Positions 16,475-25,483 of a stretch of 31,627 nt of DNA are shown here, one piece after another. The position numbers were made by a program, and so were the translations under genes. The first letter of the stretch is position 1, and each line of letters starts with the position of its first letter. The notes under the pieces are model-generated. The model made no database searches, was not told the origin of the DNA, and saw only the letters and a list, made by a program, of their open reading frames with translations. Source of the stretch: Candidatus Deferrimicrobiaceae bacterium (GTDB lineage: Bacteria; Desulfobacterota; Deferrimicrobia; Deferrimicrobiales; Deferrimicrobiaceae); NCBI GenBank assembly GCA_035763765.1, contig DASUAN010000342.1:1-31627 (forward strand), read 5' to 3'.

Positions 16475-17728
16475 ATGGGCCACCTACGGAACGGGCACGG
16501 GGTGTACGGCAGGCTCCAGAAGCGGCTCGACCGCTATCCGATCGGAGCGCCTCCGGCCGACGCGATCTACGAAATCCTGAAGCGGCTCTACACGGAAGAA
16601 GAGGCGGAGATCGGCGCCCGGATGCCGATCCGGTTCACGGACATCGACGGCATCGCCCGCCGCACGGGGAAACGTCCGGACGCCCTTCGCCCCGTCCTGG
16701 AGCGGATGGCGGAAAAGGGCCTCGTGATGGACTTCGAGAACCAGGGGAAGGTCGAATACCTCCTTTCCCCCACCCTTTTCGGCTTCTTCGAGTTCACCTT
16801 CATGCGGGTCCGGGACGACGTCCCCCAGAAGGAGCTCGCCCGGTACATGGTCGAATACGCCCACGACCGGCCGGATCTCGCACGCTCCGTGCTGGCGGGG
16901 AAGATCCAGGGCGGGCGGACGCTCGTGCACGAGACCGCGGTCGACCCGGAGGACGCGACGCGGATCCTCGACTACGAACGCGCGGAACAGATCATCCGGG
17001 AGGCGAAGGCGTGGGCCGTCTCCCTCTGCTACTGCCGGCACGTCCTGGAGCACGAGGGAAAGAGCTGCGAACAGCCGATGGAAGTGTGCACGACCTTGAA
17101 CGCCGCGGCCGACTTCCTCGTGCGGCGCGGGCTGGCGCGCAAGATCTCCCGGGAGGAGATGCTGGACATCTTCGCGGCCACGCGCGAGGCCGGCCTCGCC
17201 CACATCGGGGACAACGTGAAGCGCCGCCCCGCGTTCGTCTGCCACTGCTGCGGATGCTGCTGCGCGATGCTCACGGCGATCAACCGGTTCCGGATGTTCG
17301 ACGCCGTGATCACCTCGCCGTTCCTCGCGGCGATCGACGCCGGCCGGTGCTCCGGCTGCGGGCGGTGCGCGAAGAAGTGCCCCATCGACGCGATCGAGGT
17401 CGGTGGGGAGGGGGCGGAGGCGAAGGCGGCCGTCCACGGAGACGCGTGCCTCGGGTGCGGCGTCTGCAGGCCGGCCTGCGCGACGGGGGCGCTTTCGATG
17501 GAGCCGCGGAAGGAGCGCGTCATCGTGCCGGAAACGGCGTGGCACCGGGCGATCCTCATGGCGATCGAGCGCGGGAAGTTCCAGAACCTGCTCTTCGACG
17601 ACTTCGAGCGGCTCGACCACGCCGTCCTGCGCGTCATCACGCGGATCGTCGTGGCGCTCCCCCCGGTGAAGAAGGCCCTGCTCGCCGCCCAGGTGCCGTC
17701 CCGGTTCTTCCGGGCGCTGGCCGGATGA
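16475..17728 (+). CDS. Multi-cluster 4Fe-4S binding protein of unknown function
   Basis: Two ferredoxin motifs ([23 protein letters not shown]) plus CYCRH...C...EVC and CHCCGCCC; SD AAGGAG. Confidence 0.85.
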   Translation: MGHLRNGHGVYGRLQKRLDRYPIGAPPADAIYEILKRLYTEEEAEIGARMPIRFTDIDGIARRTGKRPDALRPVLERMAEKGLVMDFENQGKVEYLLSPTLFGFFEFTFMRVRDDVPQKELARYMVEYAHDRPDLARSVLAGKIQGGRTLVHETAVDPEDATRILDYERAEQIIREAKAWAVSLCYCRHVLEHEGKSCEQPMEVCTTLNAAADFLVRRGLARKISREEMLDIFAATREAGLAHIGDNVKRRPAFVCHCCGCCCAMLTAINRFRMFDAVITSPFLAAIDAGRCSGCGRCAKKCPIDAIEVGGEGAEAKAAVHGDACLGCGVCRPACATGALSMEPRKERVIVPETAWHRAILMAIERGKFQNLLFDDFERLDHAVLRVITRIVVALPPVKKALLAAQVPSRFFRALAG

Positions 17729-17741
17729 GAAGGAGGAGCGG

Positions 17742-18161
17742 ATGAAACACTTCCGGAAGGAGCTCTGGTTCCACGTTCCGCAACGAATGGCGTTCGTCAA
17801 CATCACCCGCGAGGTCGACGCGTGCCTGAAGGAAAGCAAGATCCGCGAGGGGCTGTGCCTGGTGAACGCGATGCATATCACCGCCTCGGTCTTCATCAAC
17901 GACAACGAGGGCGGACTCCACCAGGACTACGCGCGATGGCTCGAGGAGCTGGCCCCCCACGAGCCGATCTCCCGCTATCTGCACAACCGCACGGGGGAGG
18001 ACAACGGAGACGCGCACCTCAAGCGGCAGGTGATGGGCCGCGAAGTGGTGGTCGCCGTGACCGGGGGGAAGCTCGACTTCGGCCCCTGGGAGCAGATCTT
18101 CTACGGCGAGTTCGACGGCCGGAGGAGGAAACGGGTCCTCGTCAAGATCCTCGGGGAATAA
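17742..18161 (+). CDS. yjbQ: YjbQ/UPF0047 family protein (secondary thiamine-phosphate synthase activity family)
   Basis: [40 protein letters not shown]. Confidence 0.92.
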   Translation: MKHFRKELWFHVPQRMAFVNITREVDACLKESKIREGLCLVNAMHITASVFINDNEGGLHQDYARWLEELAPHEPISRYLHNRTGEDNGDAHLKRQVMGREVVVAVTGGKLDFGPWEQIFYGEFDGRRRKRVLVKILGE

Positions 18162-19342
18162 CCTCCCGTACGACCCGCCGTTCCCCGATGAATCGCGAAA
18201 TCCCCGTCCCGGGTACGCCGGACGCGAAGCGTTCCGTTCCTCCGGAACAGAAGAAGGAGGAGGGGAAGCCCCAAAAGGATCGGATCGGCCGGTCCGCGGC
18301 CGTCCGGCCCGCCGCCCGCTCGCCGGGGCGCCATGACGCATCCCCCGGATCCCCCCGTATCCGATGCTTCCACTGCAGGCACCGCGGCCGGGGAGGCGAC
18401 GAAGGCGTGGATTTCCCCGGACGCCGTCGTCCCGGACCCCGCCACCTCACCGGAATCGTTGACGGAGACGACTTCCGTGGCGATCCAGCCGGGGAAGGAG
18501 AGGGTCTCGTAATCCCCTCCCCTCCGCAAGAAGCTTCGCCTGCCCTCCGGGGAATCGCCGTATCCGCCCACGATCTCGAAGTTGTTGATCGATGTGGCGC
18601 GCGAGGTGGTCCACCCGGGAGGCGTCATCACGACGAAGAACGGCGCGGAGTAGACGAATCCCTTGACGACCCCGTCCTCCACGGAGGTGACCGCCACGCG
18701 GCCGTTTTCGTTGATCTCGTGGGGGGCGGCGTACGCCGTCCCGGGCGGAGTGAGGGGCAGATATCCCTGGCTTGGAAGGTACAGGCAGGCGGTGCCTTCC
18801 CGGATGCCGATGAACTGTTGCGAGGAGTTGCCCGCCACCACGACGGAAAATCCCGGGAGGATCTCCAAGGCGCCGCCTCGGGAAACGAACGCCCCGAATT
18901 CTCCGGTCCCGCCGACCGCGCCGTCCTCTCCCACATAGGTGGCCTCCGAGTACGCCCACCCCGGAGTCGGATCGAGGTAGATCCCGTCCCGCAGCAGGAA
19001 AGCACGAGAAACGCCGTCTTTCACCCAGGTCCCGGCGATCTCCCCGCGGTCGTTGATCCACGCCGCCCGGGCGCTGTCCGCGCCGGGGGGGAGGAGCACG
19101 GTAATCCTTCCGGCAGACCAGAGGAATCCGCGCTCCCCGGCATCGGTCGTCCCGGATCCGACCGCCTCGCCGCGGCCGTTCACCCGCATCACCCGGGAAT
19201 CGATCCAGCCGGCCGGATGGATATCGGAATACGTGTACGATTTTCCGAGCGCTTCGGAAGGGATGAACCCAAGGCAAGAAACAAGGAGAAAAAAGATGGG
19301 CCAAGCCGCGGATTTCACCCTATTCCCGAGGAGTTGACCCAT
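18101..19342 (-). CDS. Secreted HAF-like repeat beta-propeller protein with C-terminal Cys/TM/basic sorting signal
   Basis: Signal peptide; seven repeats of type PxGWxxSxAxxINxxGxxxG; GGSGGC...[16 protein letters not shown] near the C-terminus; exact start uncertain (ATG 19342 or GTG 19318). Confidence 0.75.
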   Translation of the reverse strand: MGQLLGNRVKSAAWPIFFLLVSCLGFIPSEALGKSYTYSDIHPAGWIDSRVMRVNGRGEAVGSGTTDAGERGFLWSAGRITVLLPPGADSARAAWINDRGEIAGTWVKDGVSRAFLLRDGIYLDPTPGWAYSEATYVGEDGAVGGTGEFGAFVSRGGALEILPGFSVVVAGNSSQQFIGIREGTACLYLPSQGYLPLTPPGTAYAAPHEINENGRVAVTSVEDGVVKGFVYSAPFFVVMTPPGWTTSRATSINNFEIVGGYGDSPEGRRSFLRRGGDYETLSFPGWIATEVVSVNDSGEVAGSGTTASGEIHAFVASPAAVPAVEASDTGGSGGCVMAPRRAGGGPDGRGPADPILLGLPLLLLLFRRNGTLRVRRTRDGDFAIHRGTAGRTGGYSPRILTRTRFLLRPSNSP

Positions 19343-19516
19343 TTCCTCCCGAAGAGAGCAAAATCCGATCCCTCTCGTGGCATAAAAAAACCCTTTTGTT
19401 TTCAGATGATTTTCTTCTCGAAAGCGTTACCGGGACAGAGATTAGGAAGTTTTTTTCCTAATCTCCCGAGCGAAGAGGAAATAATTTGCTTATATTCTGA
19501 TATAGGGAGCCGGCCA

Positions 19517-20521
19517 TCAAGCCGCATCCCGGGAAGAGTTCTTTTGCTCCCCGTCCCACGTGTTCGGACCGGCACCCAGTCCGGTGCCCCCGGACCCGGA
19601 CGATGAGGCGAGGTATCCGGAAAGGGGAACCGGTTCGAGCCCAAGTGCGGAGAAGTACGGATCAGGGTCGCAGGTGTTTCCCGCCAATAGCACGTCGATC
19701 ATGTCCTGGGTGAGGGGGAATTTCTCGAACCGGGAGAGGAACCGGACCACCCGGCGAAGCCGCGGCACGGGAATGTGCACCGTTCGGACCCGGACGCCGG
19801 CCGCCGACGCGATCCGGTCGATCAGTTCAACGTAGGGGAACCGTTCCGGGCCGGCGACGTCGAACGATCGTCTTTCCGCGCCGGGAGCGGTGAGCGCATC
19901 GACGATCCCCTTGACCACGTCCCCGACGAACACGGGCTGAAGGAGAAACTTCCCGTCGCCCGGGACGGGAAGAAACGGGGCCCGGCGGACCGCACGTTCC
20001 AGTTCGGAGAAAAATTGGTCCCCTGGGCCGAAGATCCCGCTCGGCCGGAGGATCGTCCAGGAGAGCCCCGACCGGCGGACGATCTCCTCCGCCCTTCCCT
20101 TCGAATCGAAATAATTGCCGGGCCCGCCCGCCGTCGCCCCGAGGGCGCTCACGTGGACCAGCCGGGGGATCCCCCAGATCTTCGCTGCGTGAACGACGTT
20201 TTTCGTACCCTCCACATGGACCTTTTCGAAGGTGACGCCTTGCTCCGGATACTCCCGGATGATCCCCGCGAGATGAACGATCGCCTGGGTGCTCTGGGCG
20301 GCATTCTCCACGAACTCCCGGATCGTGACGTCGCCCGGGGTCACCCGGCACGCGCGACGGACGTCCTCCGGAATGCGCTCTTCCGAGCCGACCCGGACCA
20401 AAAGACGGGGGAGGAATCCGTGCGCGATCAGGGCCCGGCAGACGTGCCGGCCCAGGAAGCCCGTTCCTCCGGTGACGAGAACCTCGCGGTAGTCGAGAAA
20501 AGGAACTTTTTCCATATTCAT
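19517..20521 (-). CDS. NAD(P)-dependent epimerase/dehydratase, complex I NDUFA9-like atypical SDR
   Basis: VLVTGGTGFLG, VHLAGII, HVSALGA, YFDSKGRAE, TILRPS.IFG, QPVFVGDV. Confidence 0.9.
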   Translation of the reverse strand: MNMEKVPFLDYREVLVTGGTGFLGRHVCRALIAHGFLPRLLVRVGSEERIPEDVRRACRVTPGDVTIREFVENAAQSTQAIVHLAGIIREYPEQGVTFEKVHVEGTKNVVHAAKIWGIPRLVHVSALGATAGGPGNYFDSKGRAEEIVRRSGLSWTILRPSGIFGPGDQFFSELERAVRRAPFLPVPGDGKFLLQPVFVGDVVKGIVDALTAPGAERRSFDVAGPERFPYVELIDRIASAAGVRVRTVHIPVPRLRRVVRFLSRFEKFPLTQDMIDVLLAGNTCDPDPYFSALGLEPVPLSGYLASSSGSGGTGLGAGPNTWDGEQKNSSRDAA

Positions 20522-20655
20522 GGGATGCCGCCGAGGAACGAGACGGTGCAGGCCGGCCCCGCATTGCCGGCACTTGCCTCCGGGCCGACTTTATGGCATT
20601 AACAACTCTAGGTTCTTTCTCCGCGGAAACCCCGGCCCCGAAAAAGGAGGATGCG

Positions 20656-20820
20656 ATGCCAACCTACTCGTTCGAGTGCAAACGATGCAAGAAAAAGTTC
20701 ACGGAAATCCTCTCTTTCGCGGAATACGAGGAAGGGAAACGCAAGTGTCCGAAGTGCGGCAGCAAGGACGTCGTTCAAGTGCTTGAAACCTTCTACGCGA
20801 AAACCTCCCGAAAGTCGTAG
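20656..20820 (+). CDS. FmdB family zinc-ribbon protein (54 aa)
   Basis: MPTYSFECKRC...CPKCGS pattern; SD AAGGAGG at 20644-20650. Confidence 0.88.
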   Translation: MPTYSFECKRCKKKFTEILSFAEYEEGKRKCPKCGSKDVVQVLETFYAKTSRKS

Positions 20821-20832
20821 GAAAGAAGGCCC

Positions 20833-21531
20833 GTGGAGGAATTTGCGGGGGTCGAGACATGGCGTGTCTTCCGCATCATGAGCGAGTTCGTGGAGGGCTT
20901 CGAAGCCCTCCGTAACGTCGGTCCGGCCGTTTCCATCTTCGGCAGCGCCCGCGCCAGACGGACCGACTGGTCCTACAAGACCGCCTGCAAGGTGGCGGAA
21001 GGGCTCTCCCGCAAGGGATACTCCATCATCTCCGGCGGGGGTCCCGGAATCATGGAGGCGGCAAACCGGGGAGCCAAGCGCGGGAAGGGCCTCTCCATCG
21101 GGCTGAACATCCAACTCCCGGAAGAGCAGCGGGTGAACCGGTACCAGGACAAGTCGCTCCACTTCAAGCACTTCTTCGCACGCAAGGTGATGTTCGTGAA
21201 ATACGCCGCGGGATACGTCATCATGCCCGGGGGGTTCGGCACGCTCGACGAGTTCTTCGAATCCCTCACGCTCATCCAGACCGGAAAGATCCGCCGGTTC
21301 CCCGTCGTGATGATGGGGCAGAGCTACTGGGGCGGGCTGATCGAATGGATGCGCACCTCGATGATCAAGGAACGGACGATCTCCCGCTCCGACCTCAAGC
21401 TCTTCCACCTCACCGACGACCCGATCGAGGCGGCCGCGTTCATCATCCAATGCCACCGGGAAAGCATCCGTCCGGTGGGCGAAAGGCGAAAGATCGCCCT
21501 CCCCCCTCCCGAAGACCCGCCCACGCTGTAA
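20833..21531 (+). CDS. LOG family (TIGR00730-type) nucleotide phosphoribohydrolase
   Basis: VSIFGSAR, SGGGPGIMEAANRGA, FFARKVMFVKYA, PGGFGTLDE. Confidence 0.92.
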   Translation: MEEFAGVETWRVFRIMSEFVEGFEALRNVGPAVSIFGSARARRTDWSYKTACKVAEGLSRKGYSIISGGGPGIMEAANRGAKRGKGLSIGLNIQLPEEQRVNRYQDKSLHFKHFFARKVMFVKYAAGYVIMPGGFGTLDEFFESLTLIQTGKIRRFPVVMMGQSYWGGLIEWMRTSMIKERTISRSDLKLFHLTDDPIEAAAFIIQCHRESIRPVGERRKIALPPPEDPPTL

Positions 21532-21549
21532 CCTCCGGCCTGAGAGCCA

Positions 21550-22359
21550 TCACGATCGCGAGTCCCCGGAAAGGAGAAAGGCCATGACCTCCCGGTTGAA
21601 CGCCTCGGCGTTTTCCGCGAAGAGGCGGTGGGGAGCGCCAGGGAGAATGACGAGTTTGGCTCCGGGGATTCGGCCCGCGATGCGGCGGGAATTTTCCGGC
21701 GGCACTACCCGGTCCGCCTCCCCGGTGATCACCAGCGTCGGCGCCTTGATGATCGGAAGGCGGTCCCACGCCGAATGCCCGACGGCGGCCGCCAGCTGCG
21801 CGGACTGCCCCTCCGCGGATATCGGCTTCGCGAGCCTCCTCCGGACGAACGACTCGATCTCCTCCGGGTGATCCCGCCGGTACCTCTCGGAATAGAGATA
21901 CGGGAGCACCCGTCGAATCTCCTCCTCCGGGTCGGCCCCGGGGGTGCGGACGAACGCCTGGAGCACCTCGGGGTCGGGCCGCAGGGAACCGTCCCCGCCC
22001 GGCGCCGTGCAGGCCAGCACGAGCCTTCGCACCCGGCGCGGGTGGCGCAGCGCGACCTCCTGGGCGATCATCCCGCCCAACGAAACGCCGAGGACGTGCG
22101 CCCGGTCGATCCGGAGGTGATCCAGAAGGGCCGCCGCGTCGTCGGCCATCTGCGCCGTGGAGTACGGCCCAAGCGGCGCTTCGCTGCCGCCGGCGCCCCG
22201 GTTGTCGAAGGCCACGACCCGAACCCGTCCGGCAAACGCGGGAATCTGGAAAAGCCACTCCGTGCGGTCGCTTCCCAGCCCGTTGATCAGAAGCAGCGGA
22301 TCTCCCGATCCGTGCGTTTCGTACTCCATGCGGAAGCCGGGGGCCTCGGTGTATGGCAT
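21550..22359 (-). CDS. Alpha/beta hydrolase (enol-lactonase/AB hydrolase-1-like)
   Basis: VAFDNRGAG, nucleophile elbow GVSLGG, ITGEADRVVP, GAPH; SD GGGGAGGA before ATG 22359. In the ORF track it is the C-terminal part of 21550..24027. Confidence 0.9.
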   Translation of the reverse strand: MPYTEAPGFRMEYETHGSGDPLLLINGLGSDRTEWLFQIPAFAGRVRVVAFDNRGAGGSEAPLGPYSTAQMADDAAALLDHLRIDRAHVLGVSLGGMIAQEVALRHPRRVRRLVLACTAPGGDGSLRPDPEVLQAFVRTPGADPEEEIRRVLPYLYSERYRRDHPEEIESFVRRRLAKPISAEGQSAQLAAAVGHSAWDRLPIIKAPTLVITGEADRVVPPENSRRIAGRIPGAKLVILPGAPHRLFAENAEAFNREVMAFLLSGDSRS

Positions 22360-22449
22360 CGACGTTTTCCTCCCCTCCCGCTGCCCGCGGATTCTTCCCG
22401 GAAACGGGGGCCCTTCTCCCTCTCGTGATGGGAGTACAATACCATCACG

Positions 22450-24099
22450 ATGGATGCGTTCCTCCTGAAACGGATCGTGGCGGAGCTTTCGGAACGCTTC
22501 CGGGGGACCCTCGTCTCCAAGGTGCACCAGCCCCGCGACCGGGAGATCGTGCTGACGCTGTGGACGGGCCGGGAGGAGGCCCGCCTCCTCCTTTCCGCGC
22601 ACCCGGACCTCTGCCGCCTCCATCTCACCACCCGCCGCATCCCCAATCCGGTTTCCCCCCCGAGGTTCTGCCAGTACCTGCGGCGCCACCTCGTCGGGAT
22701 GCGCCTTGCCGCGGTCTCCGTCGCCCCCTTCGATCGCCTGGTCCGGATGGAGTTCTTCTCTCCCCGGCCCGATGCGGTGCACGAACGGACGACCCTGTTC
22801 GCCGAGCTGTACGGGCGGCACGCCAACCTGATCTACGTGGGGCCGGACGGCCTCGTCCTCGAACCGCTCCGGACGGTCTCCCAGGAGGAGAGCCGGATCC
22901 GGGAGGTCGCTTCGGGGGTTCCGTACCGCCCCCTCCCCAAGCCGGAGCGGATCTTTCTTCCCGAGTTCACCGCGGCCGACGCGGAGCGGATCCACGCGAT
23001 GGGGTGGGAGGGGCTTCCCCGCGTCCTCCAGCGGGAGGTTTCCGGCCTGGGGCAGGAGCTGGCCCACGAAGCGGCCGGCCGCGGGAGGGAGAGCCCCGAT
23101 ACCCTGTTTGCCGCGATCCGGGAATTGGTCCGCCGGTACGAGGAGGACGACTTCTCCCCCGGCATCGGGACCCTCCCGACGGGGAAGAAGCGGATCCTCC
23201 CGTTCCCTTGTCCGTCGGCCGGCTTTGCCGACTTCGCTCCCGCCTCCTCGGCCAACGAGGCGGCGGATCGCTTTTACGGGGAGATCGCACGGAATCTCGA
23301 GGATGCCGTTCTCCGCCAGCAGCTCCGGTCCCGCCTGTCCGCGCTCCTTCGAAAGGAGCGACACAAGCTCGAAAACGTGGGGGGCGACGAGGAGCGACTG
23401 AAGGAAGGGCTCAAGGGGGGAGAGCGCGGCGAGACGCTCAAGGCGAACCTGGCCGCGCTGCGCAAGGGGATGGCCGAGTTTCGCGGGATCTCCCTCGACC
23501 CGGCGAAGACGCCCGTGGAGAACATGACGCGGTACTTCCTCCAGCACAAGAAGGCCAAACGGGCAACCGAGATCGTCCGGAGGAGGAAGCGCGAGGTGGC
23601 GGAGACCGTCTACTACCTCGAGTCGCTCGAAGCACAGCTCGCTGCGGCCGCGATGCGGGACGATCTGCTGGCCGTCCGGCAGGAACTTTCCGCCACGTTC
23701 GCACCCCGGAAACCGGGGAAGCGCAAGACGGCGAAGGCCGTCGGGAAAGCCGTTGTGCCGGAGGTGGAAGAACGTCCCTTCCGCGGCTACACGCTTCTCC
23801 TCGGAAAGAACAACCAGGGGAACGACCGGATCGTGAAGGAGCTGGCGAGGCCCGACGACCTCTGGCTGCACACCCAGGGGATCCCGGGAAGCCACGTCCT
23901 GATCCGGCGCCCGCCGGGCGCGGAGATCCCGGACGAGGTGGTGGAAGAGGCCGCACGGCTCGCGGTTTTCCACAGCAAGGCGAAAGGGTCGCCGAACGTC
24001 CCGGTGTTCCTTGCGGAGGCGCGGCACGTCTCCAAGTTCAAGGGAGCGAAGCCGGGGCTGGTCCGGATCGCGAAGTACCGGACGATCAACGTGCGATAA
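22450..24099 (+). CDS. rqcH: NFACT family ribosome quality control protein RqcH/Rqc2 (FbpA-like)
   Basis: SKVHQP..REIVL, LLLSAHP..CRLH, FCQYLRRHL.G, conserved DR (PFDRL) and ELYGRHANL, coiled coil, LGKNNQGND, DLWLHTQGIPGSHVLI, AVFHSKA. Confidence 0.9.
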   Translation: MDAFLLKRIVAELSERFRGTLVSKVHQPRDREIVLTLWTGREEARLLLSAHPDLCRLHLTTRRIPNPVSPPRFCQYLRRHLVGMRLAAVSVAPFDRLVRMEFFSPRPDAVHERTTLFAELYGRHANLIYVGPDGLVLEPLRTVSQEESRIREVASGVPYRPLPKPERIFLPEFTAADAERIHAMGWEGLPRVLQREVSGLGQELAHEAAGRGRESPDTLFAAIRELVRRYEEDDFSPGIGTLPTGKKRILPFPCPSAGFADFAPASSANEAADRFYGEIARNLEDAVLRQQLRSRLSALLRKERHKLENVGGDEERLKEGLKGGERGETLKANLAALRKGMAEFRGISLDPAKTPVENMTRYFLQHKKAKRATEIVRRRKREVAETVYYLESLEAQLAAAAMRDDLLAVRQELSATFAPRKPGKRKTAKAVGKAVVPEVEERPFRGYTLLLGKNNQGNDRIVKELARPDDLWLHTQGIPGSHVLIRRPPGAEIPDEVVEEAARLAVFHSKAKGSPNVPVFLAEARHVSKFKGAKPGLVRIAKYRTINVR

Positions 24100-24127
24100 T
24101 TCCCGACAGGAAAATCCGAGGAGACCG

Positions 24128-24877
24128 ATGCCCCGGTTCGACGCCGACTACGTTCCCCGCTCCGCGATGACGGTCTTCGCCCACCCCGACGACGCGGAGT
24201 TCCTCGTGTCGGGCACGATCGCCCGATGGACGCGCGCCGGATGCGAGGTGACGTTCGTGGTCATCACGAGCGGCAACGTCGGCACGCACGACGGTGCGTT
24301 CACCCGCGAGACCCTGGCGCGCACCCGGGAGGCGGAGCAGCGGGAGGCGGCCCGCGTGCTCGGCGTGAAGGAGGTTGTTTTTCTCGGGTACGACGACTGC
24401 GAGCTTCTCCCCACCCTCGATCTCCGTCGGAGGCTGGTCCGCGAGATCCGCAAGCACCGGCCGGAAGTCCTGATCTGCGGGGATCCCCAGGCCTGGTTCT
24501 TCGAAGACCGGTACATCAACCATCCGGATCACCGCGCGGCGGGGACGGTCGCGCTCGAGGCCGTCTTCCCCTGCGCCGAGATGGAGCTTCTGTGGCCCGA
24601 GGAGGGGCCGGCACACAAGGTCGACGCGGTCTACGTCTGCGCGACCCATTTCCCGAACACGTGGATCGACATCACCGGCACGATCGACGCGAAAATCGAG
24701 TCTCTCCGGGCCTACGGAACCCAGCTGGGCGCCTGGGACCCGTCGGACCGGGTCCGGGAGCGGGCCGCCCGCGAGGCGGAGCGGGCGCATCCCGCGCCCC
24801 CCGGGGGCGCGAAGGCAGGGGACCGCCCCCGTCCGAGATTTGCCGAGGGGTTCCGCGTGATGAAGCTTCGGGCGTAG
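24128..24877 (+). CDS. PIG-L/LmbE family deacetylase (BshB/Mca-like fold)
   Basis: VFAHPDDAE, REAEQREAARVLG, INHPDHRAAG; SD GAGGAG before ATG 24128. Confidence 0.9.
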   Translation: MPRFDADYVPRSAMTVFAHPDDAEFLVSGTIARWTRAGCEVTFVVITSGNVGTHDGAFTRETLARTREAEQREAARVLGVKEVVFLGYDDCELLPTLDLRRRLVREIRKHRPEVLICGDPQAWFFEDRYINHPDHRAAGTVALEAVFPCAEMELLWPEEGPAHKVDAVYVCATHFPNTWIDITGTIDAKIESLRAYGTQLGAWDPSDRVRERAAREAERAHPAPPGGAKAGDRPRPRFAEGFRVMKLRA

Positions 24878-24899
24878 GGGCCTCGCCGCCCCCTGCCCG

Positions 24900-25457
24900 T
24901 CAGAAGGGATAGCCCCGCTTCCCCTGCAGTCCCTTCAGGCAGGAGATCTCCCCGCAATGGGTGAAGGCGTTCCCCAGGATCCCGTGGTTGATCACGAACC
25001 CCAGGGTGGACTGCCCCAGGCCCAGCGCGCCGAGATCGACCGGGCGGTCCAGGTCCTTGCCCCGGATCGACGCCAGGAAGTCATCCGACGAGGCGTAGAC
25101 GGCCTGCGCATACTTCCGGAACGCCGGCAGGTCCACCTTCACCTTGCGGCTCCACCCGCTCCAGTCGGGGAATCCCGGCTTCCTCGGGTCGAAGGAGGGT
25201 GGCAGCTCGGACAACCCCGTCGTTTTCGCCCAGTCGCCGGCGAAGAGCGGGGCGCCTCCCCGGAACATTCCGTTGACGACGCCGTCTTCCGAGGTGACCA
25301 CGTGGGCGTAGGTCGCACCGATCGGAAGCGCCGCGCCCGGGGGGATCCAATGGGCCAGTTCCGGCGTCACGTCCGCCATCGTTCCCTCGAGGAGTTCGTG
25401 GACGGCCTTCAGCTGTTCCCGGAGCAGCGAGATGACGTTTCGTTCCGCTTTCGCCAT
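24900..25457 (-). CDS. DinB/YfiT superfamily protein (185 aa)
   Basis: HWIPPG...PIGATYAHVVTSED and C-terminal NAFTHCGEISCLKGLQGKRGYPF, four-helix-bundle pattern; SD AAGGAGG before ATG 25457. In the ORF track it is the C-terminal part of 24900..26660. Confidence 0.8.
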   Translation of the reverse strand: MAKAERNVISLLREQLKAVHELLEGTMADVTPELAHWIPPGAALPIGATYAHVVTSEDGVVNGMFRGGAPLFAGDWAKTTGLSELPPSFDPRKPGFPDWSGWSRKVKVDLPAFRKYAQAVYASSDDFLASIRGKDLDRPVDLGALGLGQSTLGFVINHGILGNAFTHCGEISCLKGLQGKRGYPF

Positions 25458-25483
25458 GGGACGCCTCCTTTCCTCCGCCGCAA

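Noticed and set aside
19357-19372. sigma54-like GG-N10-GC (GGGATCGGATTTTGCT, minus strand) before the propeller gene
   Set aside because: The -24 element deviates from TGGCAC at three positions, and the implied TSS would fall within the SD of ATG 19342; too weak without TSS data
21550-24027. Apparent 825-aa fusion ending in an alpha/beta hydrolase (and similar apparent fusions for hemH, dinB, plsC and the SHOCT gene)
   Set aside because: The N-terminal parts are antisense or off-frame shadows of neighbouring genes; each real domain has its own start codon with an SD or a stop/start overlap
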